In this document: positions 37,436-48,817 of the stretch, one piece after another
Numbering within the stretch: position 1 is the first letter of the stretch
How the letters are laid out: every line of letters starts with the position of its first letter
Source: Leucoraja ocellata
Lineage: Eukaryota
Length of the DNA: 64,000 nucleotides
Direction: 5' to 3'
NCBI GenBank assembly: GCA_036785375.1
Contig: JAWMAR010000003.1
Location: 14,384,001 to 14,448,000, forward strand
The notes under the pieces: generated by a model
What the model was told of the DNA's origin: nothing
The model's database searches: none
Seen by the model: only the letters and a program-made list of their open reading frames with translations
Translations under genes and position numbers: made by a program

Positions 37436-38200
37436 TGTTCTTTCTTCTGTATGGATCAGCTTTACATGTCATTGGAGGCAGCGATCAATCAGAAACACCT
37501 TGTTACCTCCTGGGTGGGGGCAAAGTCTTTCACGCACCTCTTCATGCTGCTCTTTTATATGTTTAAGTCAGTCAACTCCTTTGTAAACAGCACAGCAACC
37601 CTTATACTGACATCGATACATGGTGAGGAAATCTTCCCTTTCCAAGTTTGGTTTACGGCCATGTTTTTGTTCAGATTGTTTCTTCACATCCTTAATACTG
37701 CACTTCTTAACTGGTAACTTACACTTCTTCTTCCAATATGGTTCAAAAGACTCATCTGAATAACCATTCTAAACTTTTGTTTCTCTGTCATCTTCACTTG
37801 ATAAATACCTTTCAGAAAGATCACTGGACTCCAATCCATCCACAACATCATTTCTTATAGAACAAGATGCTACATTGCAGTTAACTGTTTTTCTTTTCAC
37901 ATCAAATGGTTGAGTTTCATCTTGTACCTGAACTTTTTCCCAAGAACCCTCTATATATTCAGGATCTGAGCACAAGAACATATCCTTCTTCAATGAGGAT
38001 TCCGAGTTGTCCACATCCACTGACCGCGAAGTGCTTCCACTATATGTACAAGTGTGAAAGTCTGCTAACATGGGGACAAGTTGATGCTTCGCAACATTAT
38101 CACCCTCACCATTTTCAGCCACTGTTCCATTCCGAGACAAAAGGGTTATTGAACCACCCAGAACTTCCTCCATTGAGTCCTTATTTCTACTGGATGGGCA
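37436..38200 (-). pseudogene. ZNF276: Intronless ZNF276-like fragment
   Basis: SDLSERYLSSED..., YSDESFEPY, EREDFLTMYRCQYKGCCAVYKGVD*LKHIKEQHEEVRERLCPHPGGNKVFLIDRCLQ*HVKLIHTE match ZNF276 zinc fingers 1-2. Confidence 0.85.
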
Positions 38201-39021
38201 CTGTCACCTCATTCAAAACAACGCTGCGACTTGAATGCATGTCCATATAACCATATAACAATTACAGCACGGAAACAGGCCATCTCGACCCTTCTAGTCC
38301 GTGCCGAACGTGTCCAGGATGTAACTGTGGCAAAGTGGAAACCTGCCTCACCACAACACCAACTAGCTTTTTGCCCTCTGTTATCAGTTCTGAACAGTCC
38401 TTCCAATTGCTAGGATTCTGCCTGATTCACCTCTACCCCATTGCAGACATTGGACTTTGTCTCTGGAACTAGTGTGCTATAATGCTCAGAACTATATTCT
38501 CCATACTAACCTTTCCCTTGCTCTACCCATTTTAGGTGAACCTGACTGGATTGCATTTATTCATGTTAATCCTTTGTGTCTTACTGACATTGAAAATGGG
38601 TGCAAGATTCTTTAGACTGATCATTTAGCTGTTTAATAACTGTTAACTAGGTTCCTGCTTAATTAATGCTTCTATACTTAGCTGATTTGATTCAATTTCA
38701 ATAGGTTTGTTTTAATCTGTATTCTGGGTCAAGGGACATATGAACATTCAAATTGTGAGCCTTCTCAAACCGCTTCTCACATTGGTCACAACCAAATTAA
38801 AGTTCGGCTTCTGCCTTGTGCTTGGTCTTGTGCACTCCAAAATCAAGGCTTTTCAACCCCACAACCCGATTGCTCTCCTTCAGCTGCTGTGTGATGGAAG
38901 CGAGATGGTCATTTAAAGAACGGGCATTGGTGAGCACATTTCTCATCTGTTTCAGCTCGGAATGTAGCTCTGGGATAAGCTGCCACCTTCTTTTTGTTAT
39001 TTCAAGAACCTGTGGTATTGG

Positions 39022-39085
39022 ATCCATCTTGGTCAGTGTTATAAACGCAAGGACAGTTGTCAGCCTTATTCAGGACGTCTTGGTG
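39022..39085 (-). pseudogene. THBS2: Second THBS2-like fragment (type 3 repeat)
   Basis: [17 protein letters not shown], like DVFNERDNCPYVYNTDQ, which natively lies just N-terminal of the 37273 piece. Confidence 0.7.
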
Positions 39086-39169
39086 CTGGGTTGTTTCCTC
39101 AAGTCCAGCCCCTGGGCCAACCTCAGGATGAAAAGTAGGGTCAATAGCCCCATTGTCCTTACTTGGTTC

Positions 39170-39505
39170 TCCTCTATTTACAGTCAATCGTATCAGATGT
39201 CTCCAACGGGGGTAATCTTCAAACTTCACGGCGGTTGATGTCGTAGTAGCACCTCGTATAGTCCCCTCCAACAGAGTCCCAATTTTGTCCGATCCCAGTA
39301 GTATGGTCTGTGTCTGTGTTCAACTGACAGTGGCTTCTGCATTTTCACCCCCTGTGAATGCAAGACTGACAAGGTTGTGCTTAATTGCTGTGCGTATGTA
39401 ATTAATTCATTGCTGTGGTCATAACTAACTTCCACACTCTTTAGTGTCCTATTCATTCCCTCCACTAATCCAGAATTCTACGGGTGGTGGGGGATGTGAG
39501 ATCAC
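39170..39505 (-). mobile_element. Retroviral integrase fragments (core end + GPY/F C-terminal domain)
   Basis: HIPHHP*NSGLVEGMNRTLK; WRGLYEVLL/TSTAVKFEDYPRWRHL, gamma/epsilon-retrovirus-like. Confidence 0.8.
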
Positions 39506-39509
39506 TCTT

Positions 39510-40313
39510 TAACTACCTATAAGGCAGACCCTTTGAAAATAGATCATTATTTAAAAAAAAATCCCAATTGTTCCAATCTATCTCCCCAAATTTACAATGT
39601 CAAATGAACAGATTTTGTTCTAAGATAAAGGCATCTCCAATCTCATCTGACACATCTACCTGAATGCTACGTGGCCATCATGGAATTCAGGTCTCTATTT
39701 GAACTCAATTCAAAAGGTAAGAAATAGGAAGAAAGTATACTTAAAGTTAAGAGAAAACAAAGACTAAACAATTAATTTTCATAATTGCAAGCTCATGCAA
39801 TGATATCCTATTTCATCTGACACGGACCATTTCATCAAAATAAGAATATATAAATATAGCCTGGACTGAATGACAAGTATCCCGATAGGCTTTGAGAGAA
39901 ATGAAACATACACAGCAAAATCCCGAACACAGTAGTAGCTGCCAGTTTCTTGGCAACATAGTCACGAAAAAAAACAGTGAACTCTCTAGTTAGACATGAA
40001 ACAGAACTTGGATTAGTGACAACTCAAAAGAACATGGAGATCTGTCTAATTAGATAAGAGCCAGAACTTGGATGAGTGATAACTTGAAAGAACATTTTAG
40101 AATATTTTTTAGAGAGCTTTTGGATTTGTAACAAATACCACCCTTCGAACATTGAAAGAAAACTAGTACAAAACTAGTACAAAAACAGGCAAAATATACA
40201 TCGGGTATCCAAGAGGAGTTAGCCAAAGTTACGCAGCCCCTCACGCTTCCAAAATAAAATCACGCAAAACATTAGAGACGTCTCTCTATATTAACTTTAC
40301 ATCCCCCTCCCTT
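39510..40313 (-). mobile_element. Candidate polypurine tract and LTR start
   Basis: Minus strand AAGGGAGGGGGA (40313-40302) directly followed by TGTAAAG; far end of the LTR not determined. Confidence 0.45.
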
Positions 40314-40860
40314 GTCTGACAAAAGCCGTTCTGTTTAAAACAGTCTTTGTTTCTGTGGGGATCAATTTGCAGAATTGATGCATAATTAGCAAGCTAGGAA
40401 ATTCCACTGGGACTTTGTGAACGGGGATTGGTACGCTTTGCAAAAGTTGTCTTCTGTTGGAGTTGCTAATTTAAAATGAAAAAAGGAAGTAGTTTAACGT
40501 AATGGTGGGCGGGCTAATGTTCAAAATGGGGGTGGTCTGAGCTGTGATTGGACAGTGATCCAGATTGTGATTGCAATATTTAATTGCATTATTCTATACA
40601 CAGGGTCACCATTGCCAGACATAGGGTCTCGAGAGGACCTCGAGAGGACTTACCGGTACCGGCTTTGTTCGCTGAACTCTTATCAGCACTTTCTTTCTCT
40701 GCCTTAGCCATTATCTCCTATTCCTCTGCCCACTGGCTTTCCATCTGTAATACTTTCCATTCTTTTAAAAGTTCTGTCTTCATTCCACAATTCAATCCCT
40801 TTTTTACGAGCATAATCCATCCAACGCCTATCTCTGCCGACTACAACCAAATTTCAGTTT

Positions 40861-41238
40861 GTTTCTTAAAAAGTAGATAACAACAAAATTGGCAATCTTT
40901 AATTGATTCGTCAGACGGGAGTGGCAAAGATCTACAATGAGCACAAACATTGCTCAGTGTCAGGCTCCACTCAAATCAAGCTCATCCAATAACAAGTTAT
41001 TACTTATCTCTGGAGCGTCAGCTATTTTTTTCAATCTTGGCTTCTTTATGGCTTTGAAAGAAGCACGTTATTACTGCAGGATTCCATCTTAATTTCTTTA
41101 TTGAAAAGACAACCTGTCCTCCATATTGTGTTCCATATAATTTACAAAAAGTCACAGACTTGGCATCGAGCCATTCTTTTGTTCTGCTAGACCATGCTTT
41201 CGTAGAAGAATGACCATTTTTGATTTGACTATTAGCTC
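40861..41238 (-). repeat. Direct repeat copy A (gag-like segment)
   Basis: Deleted derivative of 35820-36352; coding-like frame continues toward ~40600; gag identity is tentative. Confidence 0.8.
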
Positions 41239-42842
41239 CTTCACCGGAAGTCTGGCTGTAGCCGGTGTCGCGCCCCTCCTGTGCAGGCGGCCAAGCCCGG
41301 CCCGACACTTCCCGGCCATGGACGGGACACCCGGGGGAGAACAGGGAAGTCCCAGCAGCGGCTTGGCGGCGCCCGCGACCAGACCCCACGGAGCTGGGCA
41401 TGTGCCGGCGGAATACCGAACTCGCTTATAGGCCACAATCAAATAATCCATGATCTTCCTGAAGGCTCGAGGGCCATATGGTCTTCTCCCAATTCCCTTT
41501 ATATGTTTTTAGAGTAACTTTGTGTTTCACATTATACACAATTCATACTAAAAGAGTGAGTGAACTGTTAGAATTATATTTAAGTTTGAAAGCTATCAGG
41601 GATAGGGTACATTGCACAATGCATCTATGGATTTCAAAGAAAAAGACTAAGAACTGTTGATTGGGAATATCAAAGGGCAGTTAGGAAGTTACATTTCAAA
41701 GGCAACCCAATATAATAAAGGCATGTTTATTATTTTGAGCCACATTCAAAACTGAAAGACTATGGAAAATTAAAAACTTGGAAAGATATATTAGCCATAA
41801 TTCTAACACACAAATGGTTTCAATACAATTTCAAGAAATGGTTAACTACAAGAAAAAAAACATGAAATCCATGTATTGAAATATAATCTGTGGTTGAAGC
41901 ATAAGAAACCGTTCCTAACATCTTGTATTCAAAGCATTTATCCTGCTTATCTGTGGCATCATTCCATCAGAATCTCATTGCTGCTTTGAAGGAGAAATAA
42001 TGACAATTCCTTCTGAGAAAATTTACAACACAGGAATTGCTTGCATGAGCTGGATAAAGCTATCCACCTAAATCCAGCATAAGGTCTATAGTCTTGGTCA
42101 GGGTTCTTCATGGAAACATCCAAATACTGTTTAAATGTGACAAGGGTTTCTGCCTCCACCGTCCTGTCAAACATTGAGTACGGCCTCTTATCTCCCATAA
42201 ATCAATCACTTTAAACCTCTGCCCCTTTTGTATCCAACCTCTTTGTTAAAGGTGACAAGTTGCTCCTATCTACTGTCTTTTGGACCCTCAAAAGTCAGCC
42301 TCTTCTTTTTCAAATAAACCAACCCATACATCCCATTTTTTCCCACAAAGTTAAGATTTTCAGGGCCTGGAAACATGTTTGTAAATTGCCCCTGGTGACC
42401 AGACATATTTACAAGTGCTTAAGCCATGAGCACTTCAAGAAAGAAAATGTTAACCACAACATTTTCACTGACTTAAATATAGGGAAAGCTGTCTGTTACC
42501 CAGAGATATAGGTTTTTAAATTAACTGAATTTCATAAAATAATTAACTTCTCTTGCTTTCACAAACAAGAGAGACTGACAATAATCGGTGTTCAAAACTA
42601 AGACTACGTGCCAAAGCATTCAACAAGTAATAACAAAATAACATGAATGTTTGATCTGGCTTATTTCTATTACAGGCAACCATAAATACTGCAAATTGCA
42701 AGTGAACACAGTATATTTAAAATATTAAAAAAGACATGGCAATAATTCCATGGACAAACCATTGAGCTAGAAGACATTACAATGGCCAGTGCCAAAATCT
42801 AGGTAAATTAACATAACATGCTCATAAACACAGGGTATGAAT

Positions 42843-43540
42843 AGACACACAAAGCTGGAGTAACTCAGCGGGTCAAACAGCACCTCTGGAGAAAATAGGT
42901 GACGTTTCGGGTTAAGACCCTTTGCAGAATGAGTTAGGGGAATGGGAAATGAGAGATATAGACAGTGATTATAGAGAGATATAGAGCACATGAATGAAAG
43001 ATATGCAAAAAAGAAATGATAAAGGAAACAGGCCATTGTTAGCTGTGGGATAGGTGAGAATGAGTTACAGACCATGAGGTCAAACATGATGACTTTGAAG
43101 CCAGTACAACGATTTGGGTGGAAGATGAGTAAGAGGGGATGCAAAGGGTTATTTGAAGTTAGAGAAATCAATATTCATACCGCTGGGTTATAAGTTGCCG
43201 AAGCAAAATACAAAGTACTGTTCCTCCAATCTGCGGTTGGCCTCACTCTGACAATGGAGGAGGCCCAAGACAGAAAAGACAGTGTGGGAATGGGAAGGGG
43301 TATTAAAGTGTTTGGCAACCGGAAGATCAGGTAGGCCCAGGCAGATTGAACGAAGGTGTTCAGCGATATGATCGCCCAGTCTACATTTGGTCTCGCCAAT
43401 GTACAAAAGTCCGCACCTTGAACAACAGATACAGTAGATGAGATTGGAGGAGGTTCAAGTAAACCTCTGCCTAACTTGAAAGGACTGTCAGGATCCCTGG
43501 AGAGTTGAGGGGGGTGCTATCAGGACAGATGTTGAATTGC
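42843..43540 (-). mobile_element. Penelope-like fragment
   Basis: YIGETKCRLGDHIAEHLRS...AKHFN...RLEEQ GIY-YIG region plus terminal repeat. Confidence 0.85.
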
Positions 43541-43744
43541 CTGCAGAACATCTAAGAACATCTAACAGCTAAGGAACCGCTAGTCACATCTTCTCATCTC
43601 CACCCCTTGCGCAAGGCGGAAAGGGGTGGAGATGAGATGTAACTAGCGGTGACTAGAAGCAGACAAGCATCAGGTTAGACATTCCATCCATATCCACTTG
43701 AAAGCAGGGAATTATTAGCACTTTATGTTAACATCAGAACCTAC

Positions 43745-43888
43745 CAGCTTGTGCTGCAGCAGAGCTGATGATAACTGGCGTCGATGCTACCAGCCTAACT
43801 GGTGTCCCTAATCCAGTCCTTGCGCCAGGACCCACCACCAAGGTGCCAGTTTGATCATAGTATGCAGCTGGGGCTAGAACTTGATAAC
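43745..43888 (-). CDS. PUM2: PUM2 coding exon (144 nt)
   Basis: tag|GT TAT CAA...CAA GCT G|gtaggt; [33 protein letters not shown]. Confidence 0.95.
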
Positions 43889-45540
43889 CTAAAGAGAGGC
43901 AATTTGGTAAATAGAAAAATATCAACTGCCTACACTTCCTGTCCACAATTCAGAAAGCAACAGTTCTCAACTAATATCCTCACTGCTCTAAATTAGGTGC
44001 AACATTTAATTGCATTATTCAGATCCAGTACAAATGGTAATTCTAAGTGTTTAAGGAATTCTTAAATAATTAATTTCCTCTTGTCCATAAAATTACTCTT
44101 GGGCACTTAAATTGCATGTTATGTTGTTCGGATGCAGGATAATTTGCAAAATAAATGTGAAGAGTATTAAGAAGCAGTGGTATGACTACTTTAGCTAGAT
44201 TAATTTTCAACTATGCATTGCAGTCGCTCTTGTAACACATTTATACTGACCAGACATGCAACAGTTCCTCTCATTAAAAAAAAGAAACAATTTCTAACTG
44301 GAAACAAAATAATATAATGCAGTTTCTTCCCCCAGAGTAGGGGATTCACGGACTAGAGGGCTAGGTTTAAGGTGAGTGGAGAAAGATTTAATAGGAAGCT
44401 GAAGGGCAACTTTTTCCACAGAGGGTGGTAGGTATGTTCAATGAGCTGCCAGAGGAAGAGATAGGGAAAGATGCAATGTGGAAATTTAAAAAGCATTTGG
44501 ATCGGCCAAATGCAAGCAAATGGGACGAGTTCAGGAAGCCACCTTGAACGTCAGGGATAAATTGGACTGAAATTTACATAAATTGACAAGCCCATCTACA
44601 TAGTCCTCTTTCATATCTGTGTTTACATTTCATGCTCATAGGTCTTTTTTTTGCTAATACCTTATAGCAATCGGACAGAAAAAAAGGCCTTGTCGATTCA
44701 TAGCGACATACCGTAAAGAAATAGGTCCTACATCCCATCTCATCCATTGATTTTTTTTGCCTATTTATACCAATTCAATTAGGGTAGTATCCTTCTATGT
44801 CGTCCCATTTAACTGTTTATCTATATGCCTCTTAAATGTGCTATCTTATTGAATCACCTTGACTGGCAGTGTGCTCTAAATATGAACAATATGCTGTAAA
44901 AACATTACTCCTTAGATCCCCTTTCTTTACTCCTTAAAACACTGTTTTTGACACTCCGTTGCATGGGAAACAGATGTTGGCTATCCATAGCTCTCATTAT
45001 CTTACATACAGTATGCTCCATAATGTTTGGGGCAAAGACCCACCATTTATTTATTTGCCTCTGTACTCCACAATTTGAGATTTATAATAGAAAAAAAAAT
45101 CATATGCGGTTAAAGTGCACTTTGTCAGATTTTAATCAAGTCCATTTTTATACATGTAGAAATTACAGCTGTGTTTATACATAGGCCCCCTCGTTTCAGG
45201 GCACCATAATGTTTGGGACACAGCAATGTCATGTAAATGAAAGTAGTCGTGTATATTATTTTGTTGCATATCCTTTCCATGCAAGACTGCTTGAAATCTG
45301 ATTCATGGACATCACCAGTTGCTGGGTGTCTTCTCTGATGATGCCCTGCAAGGCCTGTATTGCAGCCATCTTTAGATTATGCTTGTTTTGGGGGCTAGTC
45401 CCCATCAGTTTTCTCTTCAGCATATAAAAGGCATACTCAATTGGGTTCAGATCGGGTGATTGACTTGGCCACTCAAGAATTGACAATTTTTTAGCTTTGA
45501 AAACCCCTTTGTTGCTTTAGCAGTATGTTTGGTATCATTG

Positions 45541-47216
45541 CTACCTCTCACACTGCTTCCTCTCCCAGTTTGACCTGGTCACCCCTACTGAAATCTCCAA
45601 ACTCATCAGCTCTTCCAAACACACTACCTGCTCCCTCGACCCTCTCCCCACTCCCCTGCTGAGGTCCTGCCTCCCCGTTCTCTGCCCCTACCTCATTAAT
45701 CTCTTCAACTTCTCATTGTCCCAAGGAATTGTCCCCTCAGCTTTCAAAACTGCTGCTGTCACACCAATCTTAAAAAAACCTGGTCTTGATGCCTCCTCTC
45801 TCATTAACTACTGCCCAATCTCAAACCTCCCCTTTCTTTCAAAAACCCTGGAGCGTATCGTCGCGTCACAACTTAATTCCCACCTACTCGCGTATAACCT
45901 ATTCGAACCCCTCCAATCTGGATTTTGCCCCCTCCATAACACAGAAACTGCTCTCCTCAAAGTCCTCAACGACCTCCTCACCTCTGCTGACACTGGTTCC
46001 CTCTTCCTCCTCGACCGGAGTGTGCGGCCTTTGATACCGTGAACCATAACATCCTGCTTACCAGACTTAAAGACCTTGGCATTGAAGGTTCTGCACTCAG
46101 CTGGCTCCGTTCCTACCTTTGCAACCGATCCCACTTCATCTCTCTCCATAACCACACCTCTGCTACAGCCACTGTCACTCAAGGCGTTCCCCAAGGCTCC
46201 GTTCTCGGTCCCCTCCTCTTCATCATCTACAACCTCCCCCTTTGTCATATACTCCGTCACTTCAAACTGGACTTCCATTGCTATGCTGATGTCCCCCCAC
46301 CACCATCTCCCATATCAACTCCTGCCTGTCAGCCATCAAATCTTGGATGCAACTCAACTTCCTTAAATTAAACAGTAACAAAACAGAATTTCTCCTCATT
46401 GGCTCCAAATCAACACTTACCAAAATTAACAACCCCACTCTCACTATTGACGGCACCACTGTCTCCCCATCTCCTCAGGCCCGCAACCTTGGCGTAATCT
46501 TTGACTCAACCCTCTCCCTCAAGCCTCACATCCGCCATGTTGTCAAAGCATCATTTTTTCACCTCTGCAACATTGCCAAAATCAGACCCTCTCTCACACC
46601 CCCCGCTGCTGAAAGACTCATCCATGCCTTCATCTCCTCCCAACTGGACTACTGTAACTCTCTTCTCTTTGGCATTAATTCCAGCAACATCAACCGACTC
46701 CAAATGGTCCAAAATGCAGCCGCCCGACTCATCACCCACACCAAATCCTGGCACCACATCACCCCAGTCTTCAAAGAACTTCACTGGCTTCCCATTTCCC
46801 ACCGGATCATCTACAAAATCCTGGTCCTCGCCTACAAAGCCCTCAACCACTTGGCCCCCCCTTATCTCACTGACCTCCTCTCCCCCTACCAACCCTCACG
46901 GTCCCTCAGATCCATTTCAACCGGTCTCCTCTCCATTCTGAAATCCAACCTCTGCTCTTTTGGAGACAGAGCCTTCTCCAGGGCAGCCCCCAGGCTCTGG
47001 AACTCCCTCCCACAATTGATCCGAAATTCTGAGTCCCTCACCATCTTCCAGTCCCGCCTCAAGACCCATCTCTTCATCTCTGCATACCCTTAGTCCCATG
47101 CCCCCCTCCCCTTTGCATCTCTGTCTTACTGCTCTATTTTGTTTTGTTCTTGACTCACCATGTTAAGCGACTTTGAATCCTTGAAAAGCGCTATACAAAT
47201 AAAATGTATTATTATT
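45541..47216 (+). mobile_element. L2 LINE 3' 1.7 kb
   Basis: [34 protein letters not shown]; aataaa + (att)n tail. Confidence 0.93.
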
Positions 47217-47903
47217 ATTGTCTTGCTGTAGAATGAACTGCTGGCTAATGGGTTTTGAGGCATTTGTTTGAACTTGAGCAGATAGGATGTGTCTATACAC
47301 TTCAGAATTCATTATGCTACTACCATCAGCAGTTGTATCATCAATGAAGATAAGTGAACCAATTTCTTCAGCGGCCATACATGCTCAGGCCATAACACCC
47401 CCGCCACCATGTTTCACAGATGATGTGGCATGCTTTGGATCTTGAGCAATTCCTTCTCTCCTCCAGACTTTGCTCTTGCCATCACTCTTATATAAGTTAA
47501 TATTCGTCTCATCGGTCCACAAGATCTTTTTCCAGAACTGTGGTTGATCTTTTAAATACTTCTTGGTAAACTGTAACCTGGCCATCCTATTTTAGCAGCT
47601 AACCAGTGGTTTGCATCTTGCAGAATAGCCTCTGTATTTCTGTTCATGAAGTCTTCTATGGACAGTGATCATTGATAAATCCATCAACTCCTGAAGAGTA
47701 TTTCTAATTTGTTGGACAGGTGTTTGGGGATATTTCTTTAATATAGAGATAATTCTTCTGTCATCTGTTGTGGGGGTCTTCCTTGGCCTGTCAACAGTCC
47801 CTTTGCGATTCATAAGCTCACCAGTACTCTCTTTCTTCTTAATGATGTTACAAACAGTTGATTTTGGTAAGCCTAACATTTTTATTCTTGTTTCTCAGTC
47901 TCA

Positions 47904-48817
47904 GGAAGCTAAGCCGAGCTAGCTGTCTTTGTTAACAACAGGCGCTTGGACTTCCAACAAACACCCACTTATGGCGTAAAGCTGGACAGGTCGCTTACAT
48001 TTCGTCAACACCTGGCCGATCTCCGTGACAAGGTCATGGCATGTAGCGGCCTCATCGGACGCCTGGCAGGTAAAAGTTGGGGAGCCAGACCATCAACTCT
48101 CCGCACCTCTGCCTTAGCTCTTGTGTATGCCCCAGTTGAGTACTGAACACCCGTATGGAGGAGAAGTAGACATACTGGCCTGGTAGACATGAGCCTGAAC
48201 AGCACCTTGCGCACCATCACTGGGTGCCTTCACCTACTCCAGTCAAGCAGCTCCGTATACTTGCAGGCATTCCGCCTGCAGGGATCCGAAGGCAAACAGC
48301 AACTCTGGAACTATCTTGTCATGTCATGGACCCAGATCACCTCCTCCATCAGGCTATCAGCAGAGAGCAGAGGCCACCCCGACTGAAGTCCCGTCACCCC
48401 TTTGCTCCACGTGGAAAACAACTCCTAACATCCACCCAGCCAACTGAGACAAAAGCACCCTGGATAGCCACCAAGTGGTCACAGGAGTGGAAGGCAACCC
48501 CATTACACAGCTACATCTCTTCACCAGATAAAGGCTGTCCAGGGTCTGGCCTCACCAGAGGAGCATGGGTGGAGCTCAACAGACTTGGTACTGGAGTTGG
48601 GCGTTTCAATGCCAGTGTGTGGAGATGGGGACTCTGCCAGAGCCCAGCCTGTGAATGCGGAGCAGAACAACAGACAGCCAACCATGTCATCCCTGGGTGC
48701 CCGCTCTACCACCCAACAAATGGAGCTCAGTGACACAGAGACAACAACCTGGCTGCTCAACACCCAGCTTGAGATCTAACTATTCCTTTGGTTTATGTTT
48801 CATTCGCAGGAAGAAGA
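47904..48817 (+). mobile_element. RTEX/Jockey-like non-LTR 3' fragment
   Basis: GVKLDRSLTFRQH, SWGA...LRTSALALVY, CECG...HV...CP knuckle; (GAA)n tail; TSD agtctca at 47897-47903 and 48818-48824. Confidence 0.8.

Noticed and set aside
36570-38200. Functional nested THBS2 or ZNF276 genes
   Set aside because: Multiple in-frame stops, frameshifts, deletions and loss of a zinc-ligand Cys; no start or splice structure.
38240-38560. Additional captured gene inside the mosaic
   Set aside because: Looks like common elasmobranch LINE 3' tails ((ccatataa)n-type and an RTE/L2-like tail); may be later insertions or UTR-borne repeats.
46347-47093. 248-aa ORF as a host gene (likewise 21305-22111 and 55342-56148)
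   Set aside because: These are L2, CR1 and hAT protein fragments, truncated or frameshifted upstream.
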